A stretch of 61,790 nt of DNA, counting the filler. It is 6 parts of 6 records of this genome, joined end to end, with 100 filler letters (N's around TTAATTAATTAA, not from the genome) between each part and the next. Parts side by side here need not be neighbours in the genome. Positions count along the whole stretch, not along the records: positions 36,621 to 53,186 come from SRR20825010_5736; 5 more parts are not named here. One strand, given 5' to 3'. A program made the translations under genes and the position numbers. Within the stretch, counting starts at the first letter, position 1, and every line of letters starts with the position of its first letter. Of this stretch, positions 38,007 through 49,476 are shown in pieces. The notes beneath the pieces were generated by a model. That model made no database searches, was not told the origin of the DNA, and saw only the letters and a list, made by a program, of their open reading frames with translations.

Positions 38007-39250
38007 TTTTTCCGGAAGGTCGAAAGAGCAAGGCGGAGTTCTTCATGGTCTTTGGCAAATTCATCAGCTGGAATGCCCTGCACTGCGGCCGAGGCAGCCT
38101 GCTGAATACTTGCGACGCCGCCTGCAACGCCGCCGGGATGACCGATGATTCCGCCACCTGCGCAATAGATGAAATCAGTATGACCAAGTGCAGCGATGGT
38201 CTGTTCCATTTGCACAGCTGTCTGACCAGATGAGAAAACCGGCATTGCGTGAGCCGTTTGATTGGTGGTGACATTTTCGCCAAGTGCGCGGGCAGACTCC
38301 ATGACAGTGTCGTCGCATTCGGTGAATTTGTTGTCGATCCCGTTGACATGAAGATGGTCAGCGCCCGCCAACCGCCAGAATTTTTGCCAGGCGCGAAACG
38401 AAATACCGATGTCCGGAGATCGTGAGAAAATACCCCAGCCGTTGCGATGGCAGTGCAGGGGAAGAGAAGAATGCGCACGAATAGCACTTAGCCCCGTCAA
38501 ACCGATCGAAAACAGACTGACCATGATGCATGTGCCACCCAGCTCACGTACCAGATCCGCATTGCGTTTCATCTCGTCGATCTCGCCGGTAATGTTAAAG
38601 GCATACATCGGCATTTTTCCGGTGCGGTCGGCATAGTCATTGATGACATGCATGACCTCTTGGGCGCGTTCGGGGAATGGGCAGTGCGGGCCATTTCCCT
38701 GCAGTTCATCATCCTTGATGAAATCGATACCGCCTTCGATCAGTTGAAGGACAAGTTGCGCGGTTTCCTGCGGTGACAGGCCCACACTGGGTTTGATGAT
38801 GGTGCCGATCATTGGTCGGTTGGAAACACCGGCAAGTTCGAGAGTGCCTTTACGCCCGAATGCAGGGCCGGGACAGGTCTGCGAAAATGCATCCGGGAAT
38901 TCGACATCAAGCAAGCGCAATGCCGATATATCGGCCAGTTCAAACAGATTGCCAGCAACTGTCGCAAGAGCGTTGGTAAGCGATGTGCCCATATTGTCCA
39001 AAGGCCAGGATAGCGTGATAACCCCGCGTGAATAACACGTTCCCTGTGTTCGGGTGGGGAGTGACGGTGTTGCCGATCGAGATCGTTCTTCGACCATCTC
39101 AACCCGTGCACCGTATCTTTGGCGCAGTGCGTCTGTTTCCCCGGCAAGTTTCAAAAAAGTTCCCGAAGATTGTTCGCCTGCAATGACTTTGGCGGCGTGT
39201 TCTAGGCTTTTGGGGCTTTCAACCTCGTAATGGGCGAGCAGTCTTTCCAT
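38003..39250 (-). CDS. RuBisCO-like protein (form IV), probable 3-oxo-isoapionate-4-phosphate transcarboxylase/hydrolase or decarboxylase (OiaT/OiaX type)
   Basis: AGEQSSGTF, GNLF, GTIIKPSVG, DFIKDDE, HRNG, PVFSSG and GGGIIGHP; no small subunit; apiose gene context. Confidence 0.88.
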   Translation of the reverse strand: MERLLAHYEVESPKSLEHAAKVIAGEQSSGTFLKLAGETDALRQRYGARVEMVEERSRSATPSLPTRTQGTCYSRGVITLSWPLDNMGTSLTNALATVAGNLFELADISALRLLDVEFPDAFSQTCPGPAFGRKGTLELAGVSNRPMIGTIIKPSVGLSPQETAQLVLQLIEGGIDFIKDDELQGNGPHCPFPERAQEVMHVINDYADRTGKMPMYAFNITGEIDEMKRNADLVRELGGTCIMVSLFSIGLTGLSAIRAHSSLPLHCHRNGWGIFSRSPDIGISFRAWQKFWRLAGADHLHVNGIDNKFTECDDTVMESARALGENVTTNQTAHAMPVFSSGQTAVQMEQTIAALGHTDFIYCAGGGIIGHPGGVAGGVASIQQAASAAVQGIPADEFAKDHEELRLALSTFRKK

Positions 39251-39305
39251 TGATGTAGTCCTCCCGGCGGTAAAGCTTCTTTAAGTTAATATTACGATTA
39301 TCATC

Positions 39306-39332
39306 TCATCATACCAGTTGACAATATGATGA
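39306..39332. promoter_or_regulatory. Inverted repeat TCATCATA-N11-TATGATGA enclosing TTGACA; putative operator in a divergent promoter
   Basis: tcatcata-ccagttgacaa-tatgatga between the RLP and apnO genes. Confidence 0.6.
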
Positions 39333-39381
39333 ATGTTGGTAATTGTTGTTTCAACAAACAAAAACACCAACAGGAGGAAGC

Positions 39382-40206
39382 ATGAAGATCGCTTTGATCG
39401 GTGCCGGTGGCAAAATGGGGGTTCGGCTTTCGGCCAATCTCAAGGGTTCGCGCTTTGATGTTGCGCATGTCGAAATTACCGAAGCAGGGCAGGCTCGCCT
39501 GAAGGATGCAGTTGGTGTCAACTGTGTCGCGCTTGATGATGCTTTGGCCGGAGCACGTGCCGTTATTCTTGCTGTTCCAGATACAGCGATTAGGGCCGTT
39601 TCACATGGTCTGATTGACAAGGTTGCACCAGGCACCATGATCATTGCACTTGATGCGGCAGCACCTTTTGCCGGCCATTTTCCAGAGCGCAATGATGTGA
39701 CCTATTTCGTCACTCATCCTTGTCATCCGCCAATTTTTAATGAAGAAACAGACATGGTCGCCAAGCGCGACTATTTCGGTGGCGTTGCGGCAAAACAGGC
39801 TATTGTCAGCGCCTTGATGCAGGGACCTGACGAGGATTTCGGGCTTGGAGAAGAGATTGCAAAAACAATTTTCCAGCCGATTTTGCGGTCTCATCGTGTG
39901 TCCGTTGATGAAATGGCCTTGCTGGAGCCCGGGTTGTCCGAGACAGTTTGTGCTACCTTGCTGGTTGTAATGAAAGATGCGCTGGACGAGGTCGTGCGTC
40001 GTGGCGTGAATGAGCAGGCAGCACGTGACTTCCTTTTGGGACATCTTAATATTCTTGGTGCCGTTGTTATGGGCGAAATACAGGGTGAATTCTCTGACGC
40101 GTGTAACAAGGCAATTAATAACGGAAAGCCACGTTTGATGCGTGACGACTGGATCGGGGTATTCGAACCGGACGAAATCAAAGAAAGCATCCGTCGGATC
40201 ACCTGA
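39382..40206 (+). CDS. apnO: D-apionate oxidoisomerase
   Basis: MKIALIGAGGKMGVRLSANL, LDAAAPFAG, THPCHPPIF, LEPGLSETVCAT and FSDACNKAI. RBS aggagg. Confidence 0.85.
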   Translation: MKIALIGAGGKMGVRLSANLKGSRFDVAHVEITEAGQARLKDAVGVNCVALDDALAGARAVILAVPDTAIRAVSHGLIDKVAPGTMIIALDAAAPFAGHFPERNDVTYFVTHPCHPPIFNEETDMVAKRDYFGGVAAKQAIVSALMQGPDEDFGLGEEIAKTIFQPILRSHRVSVDEMALLEPGLSETVCATLLVVMKDALDEVVRRGVNEQAARDFLLGHLNILGAVVMGEIQGEFSDACNKAINNGKPRLMRDDWIGVFEPDEIKESIRRIT

Positions 40207-40209
40207 TAA

Positions 40210-41229
<1,020 letters not shown>

Positions 41230-41356
41230 GTGAACAACGACGATAGTATATTTCGTCGGTTACTATCTTTTGTGCCGGATGGGCGGGGCGTAGCGTGGGC
41301 TGCGTTCCCCGCTCTCCGCAGAGATTGAGTTTTGCAATCTTCTCAAGGAGGCCAGC

Positions 41357-42019
41357 TTGAAGCGCGTTGGGCCAATGATAAAATTGCTTCTGCTTTTGCC
41401 TTTGGTGTTCTTGGTCGAGGCATGCCAACTGGTAAAGAACGATGCAGAGAATGACAATAAGGCAACTGTTTCAGGTTCGTCTTATCGAGATATGCCTGCT
41501 CTGGTAGAGGAAATTTGGGCGGATCGGGTTGTCCCGCATCTTAAAAGTTCGGGTGCTGATTTCGCCGACATTCGGGCTGCACTTGAGACCGATCTTGATG
41601 CTACTGGTGACTCTTTTGGATATCGTCCATCCAGCGAGGGCAGTCCGTGGAACTTTGCGACCCGGATTGAGGGGGAAATCGTCGCGGCCAAAACAGATAC
41701 GCGGGCCGCGACTGCAGATGTTGATATCGACGGGGATGGTCGTGCAGACGCCGTCATACAGCTTGGCCCGGTCATCCGTGGCACGACGTTGCGTGATGTT
41801 TTGCCATTCTTCGATTTTACGTCTTTCACCGACCAGATTGAGTTTGCGCAATTATCGCGGGCTCTAAATACCAAGGCCTTTGATACTGTTTTGGCAGACC
41901 TGTCGCGTGAGGGCCTTGTCGGAAAATCTGTTGCCGCCACTGGCGCTTTTACAATGCGAAATCCCGATGACACCGTTCTGATTACCCCGATTGAAATCGA
42001 GGTGACTGGAAATGAATGA
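41357..42019 (+). CDS. DUF2291 family lipoprotein
   Basis: Lipobox-like VEAC, DGDGRADAVIQLGPVIRGTTLRD and FTDQIEFAQL; typical position between SBP and ATPase. Confidence 0.8.
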   Translation: MKRVGPMIKLLLLLPLVFLVEACQLVKNDAENDNKATVSGSSYRDMPALVEEIWADRVVPHLKSSGADFADIRAALETDLDATGDSFGYRPSSEGSPWNFATRIEGEIVAAKTDTRAATADVDIDGDGRADAVIQLGPVIRGTTLRDVLPFFDFTSFTDQIEFAQLSRALNTKAFDTVLADLSREGLVGKSVAATGAFTMRNPDDTVLITPIEIEVTGNE

Positions 42020-43586
42020 CCTTTCTTATAGCGAAGAACACAAAATCGGATTGACGGTGCGGGGGGCAACGAAAGTTTATCCTGGAACGTTGGCGCTGAA
42101 TGAAGCCGACTTTGATGTCAGGCTGGGGGCTGTGAACGTTCTTGTTGGTGAAAACGGTGCCGGAAAGTCGACCCTTATGAAGGTCATCGCAGGGGTTGAA
42201 CAATTAACGTCCGGTGAGATTGCGGTGGATGGCAAACGCGTTCGGTTCGCCGATACACGTGCTGCTGCTGCGCATGGCATCGGCATCGTTTTTCAGGAAC
42301 TTAATCTGTTCCCGAACATGACTGTTGCCGACAACATTTTCATTGCACGCGAGAAAACACGCGGAGGTGTCGACATAAACAGCCGCAGCCAGCGCGCAGA
42401 AGCCGCAAGCTTAATGAAACGCCTGGAACATGACATTTCGCCCGATGCGCTTGTGGGCGAGTTGAGCATCGGCGAGCAGCAGATTGTCGAAATTGCCAAG
42501 GCCCTGGCACAGGATGCGCGCATTCTGATTATGGATGAACCAACATCGGCCCTCAGCGCGGCTGAAGTGGAAATTCTTTTCCGCGTGATCAAGGATCTTA
42601 AAAAGTCTGGCGTGGGAATTATTTACATTTCCCATCGGCTCGAAGAGCTTATTCGGATTGGTGACTATATCACCGTCTTGCGTGACGGGTGCATTACCGG
42701 GTCGCGTTCAATGAAGGGGGTGGAGGTCAGCTGGATTGTACGCAACATGATTGGCGCGGCTTCCAAGGACTTCTCGAAATCACTGACGCACCAACTTGGT
42801 GCAGAAGTATTCCGGGCCGAAGATATATGTCTGCCAAGCAAAAATGGCGGACTTGTCGTTGATAGCGTTTCCATGTCCCTGAGGTCCGGCGAGATCGTCG
42901 GCATTTACGGTTTGATGGGGGCAGGGCGGTCTGAATTTTTCGAATGCATCATGGCCCAGCATCCGGTGTGTACCGGAAAGTTTTACGTGGATGGCAAGCC
43001 CCTTGATGAAACCAGCGTGGCGGGGCGAATAGAGCGCGGAATTGCCTTAATCCCGGAGGATCGAAAAGGTGCAGGACTGGTTCAAATCTTACCGATCCGT
43101 GAAAACATGTCGCTGTCCAGCCTGATGAAATTTACCAGACGCGGGCATTTGAGTCTCAAGAAAGAGGGTGAGGCGGTCGCAGATATGGTGCGTGACCTGT
43201 TTATCAAGGTTGCAAGTGTTGAAAATCCGGTCAGCTCATTATCAGGTGGGAACCAGCAAAAGGTCGTCATCGGCAAAGCCCTGATGACCAACCCCAAATT
43301 GCTGCTGATGGATGAACCAAGTCGCGGCATTGATATCGGGGCAAAGGCCGAAGTCTTTCAAGAAATGCGCAAGCTTGCAGCGGATGGTCTGGGGATATTG
43401 TTTGTGACCTCTGACCTTGAAGAGGTGATGTCTCTTTCTGACAGAATTCTGGTGATGTCAAAGGGACGGGTGATCAGGGAATTTACCCAGCAAGAAGCGA
43501 CCGAAGAAAAGATCATTGCCGCATCTGCAGTCGGTCACACAACAACAAGCCAGAAAACGGCTGAGAACACGGAGTTGCAGATATGA
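42012..43586 (+). CDS. Sugar ABC transporter ATP-binding protein (RbsA-like, two NBDs)
   Basis: GENGAGKST, MDEPTSAL, LSGGNQQK and DEPSRGID. Confidence 0.95.
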   Translation: MNDLSYSEEHKIGLTVRGATKVYPGTLALNEADFDVRLGAVNVLVGENGAGKSTLMKVIAGVEQLTSGEIAVDGKRVRFADTRAAAAHGIGIVFQELNLFPNMTVADNIFIAREKTRGGVDINSRSQRAEAASLMKRLEHDISPDALVGELSIGEQQIVEIAKALAQDARILIMDEPTSALSAAEVEILFRVIKDLKKSGVGIIYISHRLEELIRIGDYITVLRDGCITGSRSMKGVEVSWIVRNMIGAASKDFSKSLTHQLGAEVFRAEDICLPSKNGGLVVDSVSMSLRSGEIVGIYGLMGAGRSEFFECIMAQHPVCTGKFYVDGKPLDETSVAGRIERGIALIPEDRKGAGLVQILPIRENMSLSSLMKFTRRGHLSLKKEGEAVADMVRDLFIKVASVENPVSSLSGGNQQKVVIGKALMTNPKLLLMDEPSRGIDIGAKAEVFQEMRKLAADGLGILFVTSDLEEVMSLSDRILVMSKGRVIREFTQQEATEEKIIAASAVGHTTTSQKTAENTELQI

Positions 43587-44659
43587 CATCCATCGCATCA
43601 GCCGGAACGGCGTCAGGAAACAGCAATCAGACATGGCTTTTGCTTTTGTTGAAGCTGCGCACATTTATTGCACTGATTGTTGTGTTTGCATTTTTTGCAT
43701 TTGCAGCCCCAAATTTTCTAAGCGCGGCCAATTTTGTGATCATGTCAAAGCATGTGGCCTTGAACGCGTTCCTTGCGATTGGCATGACCTTTGTCATCAT
43801 TACCGGGGGCATTGACCTTTCAGTTGGTTCAATTGTTGGGCTTTGCGGCATGGTTGCGGGGTGGCTGATCCTGAACGGTGTTGATATCGGGATTGGCTAT
43901 ACGCTCTATTTCAATATCTTTGAAATCTTTGCGATAACGCTTCTTGTCGGTGTTCTTTTTGGGGCGATAAACGGTGCCTTGATCACCAAGCTTAATGTTG
44001 CGCCGTTCATCGCGACCCTTGGAACGCTATACGTTGCAAGGGGGCTTGCTTTGCTATCCTCTGACGGGGCGACGTTCCCAAACTTGGTCGGCAACCCGGA
44101 ATATGGGTCTAACGGATTGAGTGTGTTGGGTTCGGGAGCCTTTATGGGGATCCCGGTATCAATCTGGATTTTGATCGCGGTTGGATGTGGCGCTGCCTAT
44201 ATCGCAGGTCGTACACCGCTTGGTCGTCACATCTATGCGGTTGGGGGGAATGAGCACGCGGCCGCACTGTCGGGTGTGAAGGTCAATCGTGTCAAAATGT
44301 TCGTCTATATGTTTTCCGGGTTCTGTGCGGCAATTGTCGGGCTGGTGATTTCGTCCCAGCTTGTTGCAGCCCATCCGGCAACAGGCGAGACATTCGAATT
44401 AAACGCAATTGCTGCTGCAGTTCTTGGTGGTACTTCAATGTCCGGCGGACGGGGGCGTATTGCCGGAACCATTATCGGCGCCTTTGTTATCGGCATTCTT
44501 TCTGATGGCTTGGTTATGATGGGGGTTAGTTCGTTTTGGCAAACCGTGATCAAGGGGCTGGTGATTATTGCAGCCGTGGTCGTCGATCAGGCACAGCAAC
44601 GCCTGCAAGCAAAAGTCGCTTTGCAGCAACAGGCCGCATTGAGCACACAGGAAGGATAA
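43583..44659 (+). CDS. Sugar ABC transporter permease (RbsC-like)
   Basis: GGIDLSVGS, PFIATLG, GGNEHAAALSG and ELNAIAAAVLGGTS. Confidence 0.95.
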   Translation: MTSIASAGTASGNSNQTWLLLLLKLRTFIALIVVFAFFAFAAPNFLSAANFVIMSKHVALNAFLAIGMTFVIITGGIDLSVGSIVGLCGMVAGWLILNGVDIGIGYTLYFNIFEIFAITLLVGVLFGAINGALITKLNVAPFIATLGTLYVARGLALLSSDGATFPNLVGNPEYGSNGLSVLGSGAFMGIPVSIWILIAVGCGAAYIAGRTPLGRHIYAVGGNEHAAALSGVKVNRVKMFVYMFSGFCAAIVGLVISSQLVAAHPATGETFELNAIAAAVLGGTSMSGGRGRIAGTIIGAFVIGILSDGLVMMGVSSFWQTVIKGLVIIAAVVVDQAQQRLQAKVALQQQAALSTQEG

Positions 44660-44665
44660 ATTCGT

Positions 44666-45691
44666 ATGTTAAAAGGTGCTTTAATTGGATGCGGGTTCTT
44701 TGCACAAAATCATCTGTGCGCCTGGCGCGATATTGATGGTGTTCGTATCACCGCTCTGTGTGATCGCGATGAACAACGCCTGAGCGAAACCGCAAAACGG
44801 TTCGGTATTGAAAACACCTATACCGACGCGCAACAGATGCTTGCCCGTGAACAGTTGGATTTTGTCGATATCGCAACGACAGTAGAAACACATTTGCCGT
44901 TGGTCGAGATGGCAGCACAAGCTGGCGTTCATATCATTTGCCAGAAGCCTTTTGCGTCTTCGATGGATGATGCAGGCAAGATGGTTTCAATGGCTGATAA
45001 ATCTGATGTTACTTTGATGGTGCATGAAAATTTCCGCTGGCAGTCAGCAATTCGTGCTGTCAAAAAGCAGATTGATGACGGGGCAATCGGAGACGTTTTT
45101 TGGGGACGTGTCAGTTTCCGGTCAGCCTATGATGTTTATTCCGGTCAGCCATATCTTGCGACGGATGAAAAATTTATCATTCAGGATCTTGGCATCCATA
45201 TTTTGGATATTGCCCGGTTCCTGTTCGGGGATGTCAGTTCGATCTCTGCCAGAACAAAACGCGTGAACCCGGATATTCGCGCCGAAGATGTCGCAACCAT
45301 GATGCTTGATCATGACAACGGCATCACGAGTATTGTTGATTGCAGCTATGCCACGAGCCTGCCGGTCGAGAGTTTTCCTGAAACCCTGATTGAGGTTGAT
45401 GGCAGCAAAGGGACGTTGCGCCTGAGCTCTGGCTATCAGCTTACGTGTCACAATCATGATGGCACACGGCACATCGATGTTGCACCGCCACTTTTGCCTT
45501 GGGCAGAAAGGCCATGGCACAATATTCAGGAAAGCGTTTTGAATATCGAGCAACACTTTGTTGATTGTCTGCGCGAAAACCGCGAGCCAGAAACATCAGG
45601 GCATGACAATCTGAAAACGCTGGCACTTGTTTATGGTGCCTATCAGTCAGCGGATAATGGTCTGCAGGTGATCAAGGTCGGAAACGGGTGA
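44666..45691 (+). CDS. apsD: Gfo/Idh/MocA oxidoreductase, probable D-apiose dehydrogenase
   Basis: GALIGCGFFAQNH, ICQKPFA, VHENFRWQ, DLGIHILD and PWHNIQESV; apiose gene context. Confidence 0.8.
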   Translation: MLKGALIGCGFFAQNHLCAWRDIDGVRITALCDRDEQRLSETAKRFGIENTYTDAQQMLAREQLDFVDIATTVETHLPLVEMAAQAGVHIICQKPFASSMDDAGKMVSMADKSDVTLMVHENFRWQSAIRAVKKQIDDGAIGDVFWGRVSFRSAYDVYSGQPYLATDEKFIIQDLGIHILDIARFLFGDVSSISARTKRVNPDIRAEDVATMMLDHDNGITSIVDCSYATSLPVESFPETLIEVDGSKGTLRLSSGYQLTCHNHDGTRHIDVAPPLLPWAERPWHNIQESVLNIEQHFVDCLRENREPETSGHDNLKTLALVYGAYQSADNGLQVIKVGNG

Positions 45692-45727
45692 CCTTCTTTT
45701 CCCCGGCTACCCAAGGATTATGAGTCG

Positions 45728-47569
45728 ATGAGCAAGGTCAGCCAAGCAAGTCCTGTCAGGACCTTCAAAGCAGGCCCGCTGCAAGTGCGTTTTGAGCACG
45801 GGAACCTGAGATATGTCCAATATCACGGGACAGAGATATTACGTGCAGTTTCCTATGTTGTACGAGATAGGGACTGGGGCACACTGTCGCCTGTTTTGTC
45901 CGATATCGTCATTGACGAAACCCCCGACAGGTTTTGCATTTCCTATATTTCAACGTGTCAGAACAACGATGTCGAACTTGCGTTGAAAGCCAAAATCATC
46001 GGGACAGCGGACGGGATGCTTCGTTTTGCCGTTGATGCCACGCCCGATGGCCGTTTTGAAACCAATCGGTGCGGTTTTAATGTACTTCATCCGATTGACG
46101 GGGTTGCCGGGCAGTCTGTCAGGGTTGAGCATTGCAATGGTGATATCGTAGAAACCACGTTCCCCGATCTGATCGAGTCTTGGCAACCCTTCAAATCCAT
46201 CCGTAGATTGACGCATTATCCCGACGCGGGTCTGACGGCAACCTGTCTTTTTTTGGGTGACGAATTTGAAATGGAGGATCAGCGTAACTGGTCTGATGCC
46301 TCTTTCAAAACTTACGTTCGACCCATTGAACTTCCTTGGCCGTATCTTCTGGACGGTGCGAAAACAAACACGCAATCCATAGAACTTTCAATCGAAAGCA
46401 GCACGGTCCGATCAGCAGAAGGATTAGCCAAGGAGAAAGGCCAGGCAGAGGATACGCCGATCCATGTGATCCCAGAAATTGGTCCGGGGCACGTTTTCCC
46501 GAAAACAGGCTTGGTGATAACGCCCGAAGAGGCAAATCAATCTCTTGCGTGTCTGGATGTTTTGAGAAAGCTCGCCCCACAGGTCCTGCTGTGTCATTTC
46601 GATCAGACTGTCGGACATGTAGGGCCGGATTTATCGGCGTTTGCGGCTCTTCAAAAGCAATTTGATGCGCAATATGAACTTGAATATGTGGTCGTCTGTG
46701 ATGGCAATCTTGATCAGGAATTCAGGGCGCTAAAAGACGATCTGGCGCATGCTGGTTTCAAGCCTGATAGTTTGTTGGTGTGTCCCTCGGTTGATCGGCA
46801 ATCAACGCCGCCAGGAAGTGAATGGCCAGACTGCCAAGCTCTTGCCGATATCTATAACGCCGCCCGAAAGGCCTTTCCCGACATGTCGTTGGGCGGGGGA
46901 ATGTTTAGCTACTTTACGGAGCTTAACCGAAAGCGGCCTCCAGTGGATATGCTTGATTTCGTCACCCATGCGACCAATCCCATTGTACATGCGGCAGATG
47001 ACGAGAGTGTTATGGAAACGCTAGAGACATTGCCGCATATTTTCCGCTCCGCTCGCGCCATTCTTGGTCCGGGCAAAGAGTATCGTTTGGGGCCGACCAC
47101 CATCGCTATGCGCCAGAACCCTTATGGTTCACGCACATTTCCCAATCCGAATGGAGAGCGGATCTGCATGACCCATGACGATCCCCGTCATCGGGAACAG
47201 TTCGGGGCGGCTTGGGTGATCGGTTATGGAATGCAGGTTTCTGCAACTGATATTAGCCGTTGGGTGCCAGCCGGGGTGTTTGGCGCACGCGGCATTGTTG
47301 ATGCTGAAAGTTCAAGTTTTTTGCCGATCGGCGATGTCGTGGAGACGTTTTCAGCAATGGCAGGGAAACCTGTTTTGCCTTGCCGTGTTGATGATCAAAA
47401 ACGAATTGCAGCTGTTGCCGTTGACGATGGAACCCATATCACGATGCTGGTGGCCAATCTTACCGGGCAATCAGTCAATGTGGAGATCGGTGGTTCGGTG
47501 GGGTGCAAAGCACTTGGCGCTTACGGAACGCTGCAACTCGAATTACCACGCTCCGAGGTTCTCAATTGA
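45728..47569 (+). CDS. apnL: Probable D-apionate lactonase
   Basis: VRDRDWGT, TNRCGF.VLHP, FEMEDQRNWSDASFKTYVRP, YFTELNRKRPP and IVHAADD.SVME; follows apsD. Confidence 0.78.
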   Translation: MSKVSQASPVRTFKAGPLQVRFEHGNLRYVQYHGTEILRAVSYVVRDRDWGTLSPVLSDIVIDETPDRFCISYISTCQNNDVELALKAKIIGTADGMLRFAVDATPDGRFETNRCGFNVLHPIDGVAGQSVRVEHCNGDIVETTFPDLIESWQPFKSIRRLTHYPDAGLTATCLFLGDEFEMEDQRNWSDASFKTYVRPIELPWPYLLDGAKTNTQSIELSIESSTVRSAEGLAKEKGQAEDTPIHVIPEIGPGHVFPKTGLVITPEEANQSLACLDVLRKLAPQVLLCHFDQTVGHVGPDLSAFAALQKQFDAQYELEYVVVCDGNLDQEFRALKDDLAHAGFKPDSLLVCPSVDRQSTPPGSEWPDCQALADIYNAARKAFPDMSLGGGMFSYFTELNRKRPPVDMLDFVTHATNPIVHAADDESVMETLETLPHIFRSARAILGPGKEYRLGPTTIAMRQNPYGSRTFPNPNGERICMTHDDPRHREQFGAAWVIGYGMQVSATDISRWVPAGVFGARGIVDAESSSFLPIGDVVETFSAMAGKPVLPCRVDDQKRIAAVAVDDGTHITMLVANLTGQSVNVEIGGSVGCKALGAYGTLQLELPRSEVLN

Positions 47570-47634
47570 CTGGAGATACGCTAGAAGTTTGCACAACAAG
47601 ATAAAACTTCAGAATGGTATGGAACCACATTCGG

Positions 47635-48363
47635 ATGAATAGTTGGGAAGATACAGGCGACGATAAAAAAATCGTCCGGCGCAAACTTTCAGACCAGGTG
47701 CTTGAACGGCTGCGCGAGATGATTGTGCGTGGTGAATTAGGGCCAGGTGATCTGATGCCGTCAGAGCGCACCTTGATGGAGCGTTTTGGTGTCGGTCGAC
47801 CGGCAGTTCGCGAGGCGATGCAATCCATGCATACTTTGGGGCTGATCAACATTTCCCACGGTGAGCGTGCCCGTGTAAGCGAGCTTTCCGCAGACCTGAT
47901 GTTCCGACAGATGGATATGGTTGCGCGCATGTTGTTGTCAGCATCGCCTGACAATCTCGAACATCTCAAGGAAGCACGTCGACTATTTGAAGTGGGGATG
48001 GTCCGGATTGCGGCACAGAATGCGACGGTGGATGACGTTGAAGACCTAAAAGGTTTGATTGAAGCACAGCGCGAAAAACTTGGAGATGCGGCGGCCTTTA
48101 TCAAGAGTGATATGGCCTTTCACATCAAGGTATCGAGCATTTCCGGCAACCCTATTTTTCAAGCTGTCAGTGAAGCAATGCTGAACTGGGTTTTCAATTA
48201 CCACACCGACTTGTTGATCTGGTCAGGTCAGGAAGATGTAACCCTCCGAGAGCACAGCGAAATTGTGAAGTGTATTGAAAAGCATGACTCCGAACAGGCC
48301 GCCCGGGAAATGCAATCACACTTGAATCGCTCCAATGACCTTTATCGTCATCGGGAAGGCTGA
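47635..48363 (+). CDS. GntR family regulator (FadR/NanR-like), probable repressor of the apiose locus
   Basis: RRKLSDQV, MPSERTLMERFGVGRPAVREA and DMAFH. Confidence 0.9.
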   Translation: MNSWEDTGDDKKIVRRKLSDQVLERLREMIVRGELGPGDLMPSERTLMERFGVGRPAVREAMQSMHTLGLINISHGERARVSELSADLMFRQMDMVARMLLSASPDNLEHLKEARRLFEVGMVRIAAQNATVDDVEDLKGLIEAQREKLGDAAAFIKSDMAFHIKVSSISGNPIFQAVSEAMLNWVFNYHTDLLIWSGQEDVTLREHSEIVKCIEKHDSEQAAREMQSHLNRSNDLYRHREG

Positions 48364-48413
48364 GTGGCATCATATCCGTTTGCAAGACGTGTGTGTTGCG
48401 GACATCTCAGCGG

Positions 48414-49247
48414 TCACGGCAAATTCCATATCCGTTTTGCGTTTTCAGACGCGAAAGCTGCTTTTTCTGTTTCTGAAACATTTGCGATCAGGGCCTGTGT
48501 TGTGGCCATCCATTGATCAAGCGATGAATTCAATGTGCAGACCGGGCTGTCAGATCCCCAGACGACCCGTTGCCAGCCGAAGTTCTCGATAATGTGTTCG
48601 ACATAGGGGCGAAGTGTGTCAAGAGTCCAGTCCGGCTTGGCATAGGCCGAAATGCCGGAAATCTTGGCGTTCACGTTTTGGCGTTTGGCAAGATCGGTTA
48701 TGGATTTTGACCAATCGGCAAATCCATCCCCGGCAATGTCCGGTACCCCGCAATGATCAAGTACAAAGACAGTATCTGGGCAGGCATCGACCAGAGCAGT
48801 GGCAATGTCGAGCTGCCTTTGTAGTACACAGATGTCAAATGGTAGGCCCTTTCCTCCGATTTTACGGACATTTTCGCGAAACCGGTCCGTCTGCGAGACG
48901 TCATCGGGCACAACGTGCAGAACGCGCCGGATGCCTTTGACGATTGAAAGATCAAGCGTATCGAGAAAAGCGTCGAAATTCTCATCTTCGGGGCGTGCTG
49001 ATGAAATGGCGCCGCGCATCAGACTGTCGGGGTGCGACATCAGTTCGGAAACCCACGTGTTTTCCGTTGCAATATATTCCGGTGCGCAATCGACTTCCAT
49101 ATGCAGCACGCCCGTAATGCCGATGCGTCGGGCAGAAACTTCGTAATCTTCATAGGACCAGTCGCGATTGAGTGCCGGAACGTCCTTGAGCCACGGGTAC
49201 GGGATACGTTTGCGCGCAACCAGATGGAGATGAGTGTCGATGAACAT
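48414..49247 (-). CDS. Amidohydrolase_2 family protein (sugar lactonase-like)
   Basis: IDTHLHL, GIRRVLH, VLDHCG.P, KISG and WGSDSPVC; divergent from a sugar ABC operon. Confidence 0.85.
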   Translation of the reverse strand: MFIDTHLHLVARKRIPYPWLKDVPALNRDWSYEDYEVSARRIGITGVLHMEVDCAPEYIATENTWVSELMSHPDSLMRGAISSARPEDENFDAFLDTLDLSIVKGIRRVLHVVPDDVSQTDRFRENVRKIGGKGLPFDICVLQRQLDIATALVDACPDTVFVLDHCGVPDIAGDGFADWSKSITDLAKRQNVNAKISGISAYAKPDWTLDTLRPYVEHIIENFGWQRVVWGSDSPVCTLNSSLDQWMATTQALIANVSETEKAAFASENAKRIWNLP

Positions 49248-49476
49248 GGGCTTCCTCCTTTTACGTTATCACGCCTGATTAGGTGGCTGACGACGGCGGT
49301 GCAATTGGAATTGCATACCTGTTTTCGCGTTGCGATTGATTTCTTTTGGAGTTCACCTTGACTCCTCGATCAAGTCAAGTTTAAATATAAAAGATGATTC
49401 CGGATATAAAAGCTTATCGAAATGGCACCGGAAATAGCAATCGGCCGAAAGTGGCCTTTCATTCAGGGAGGATAGA

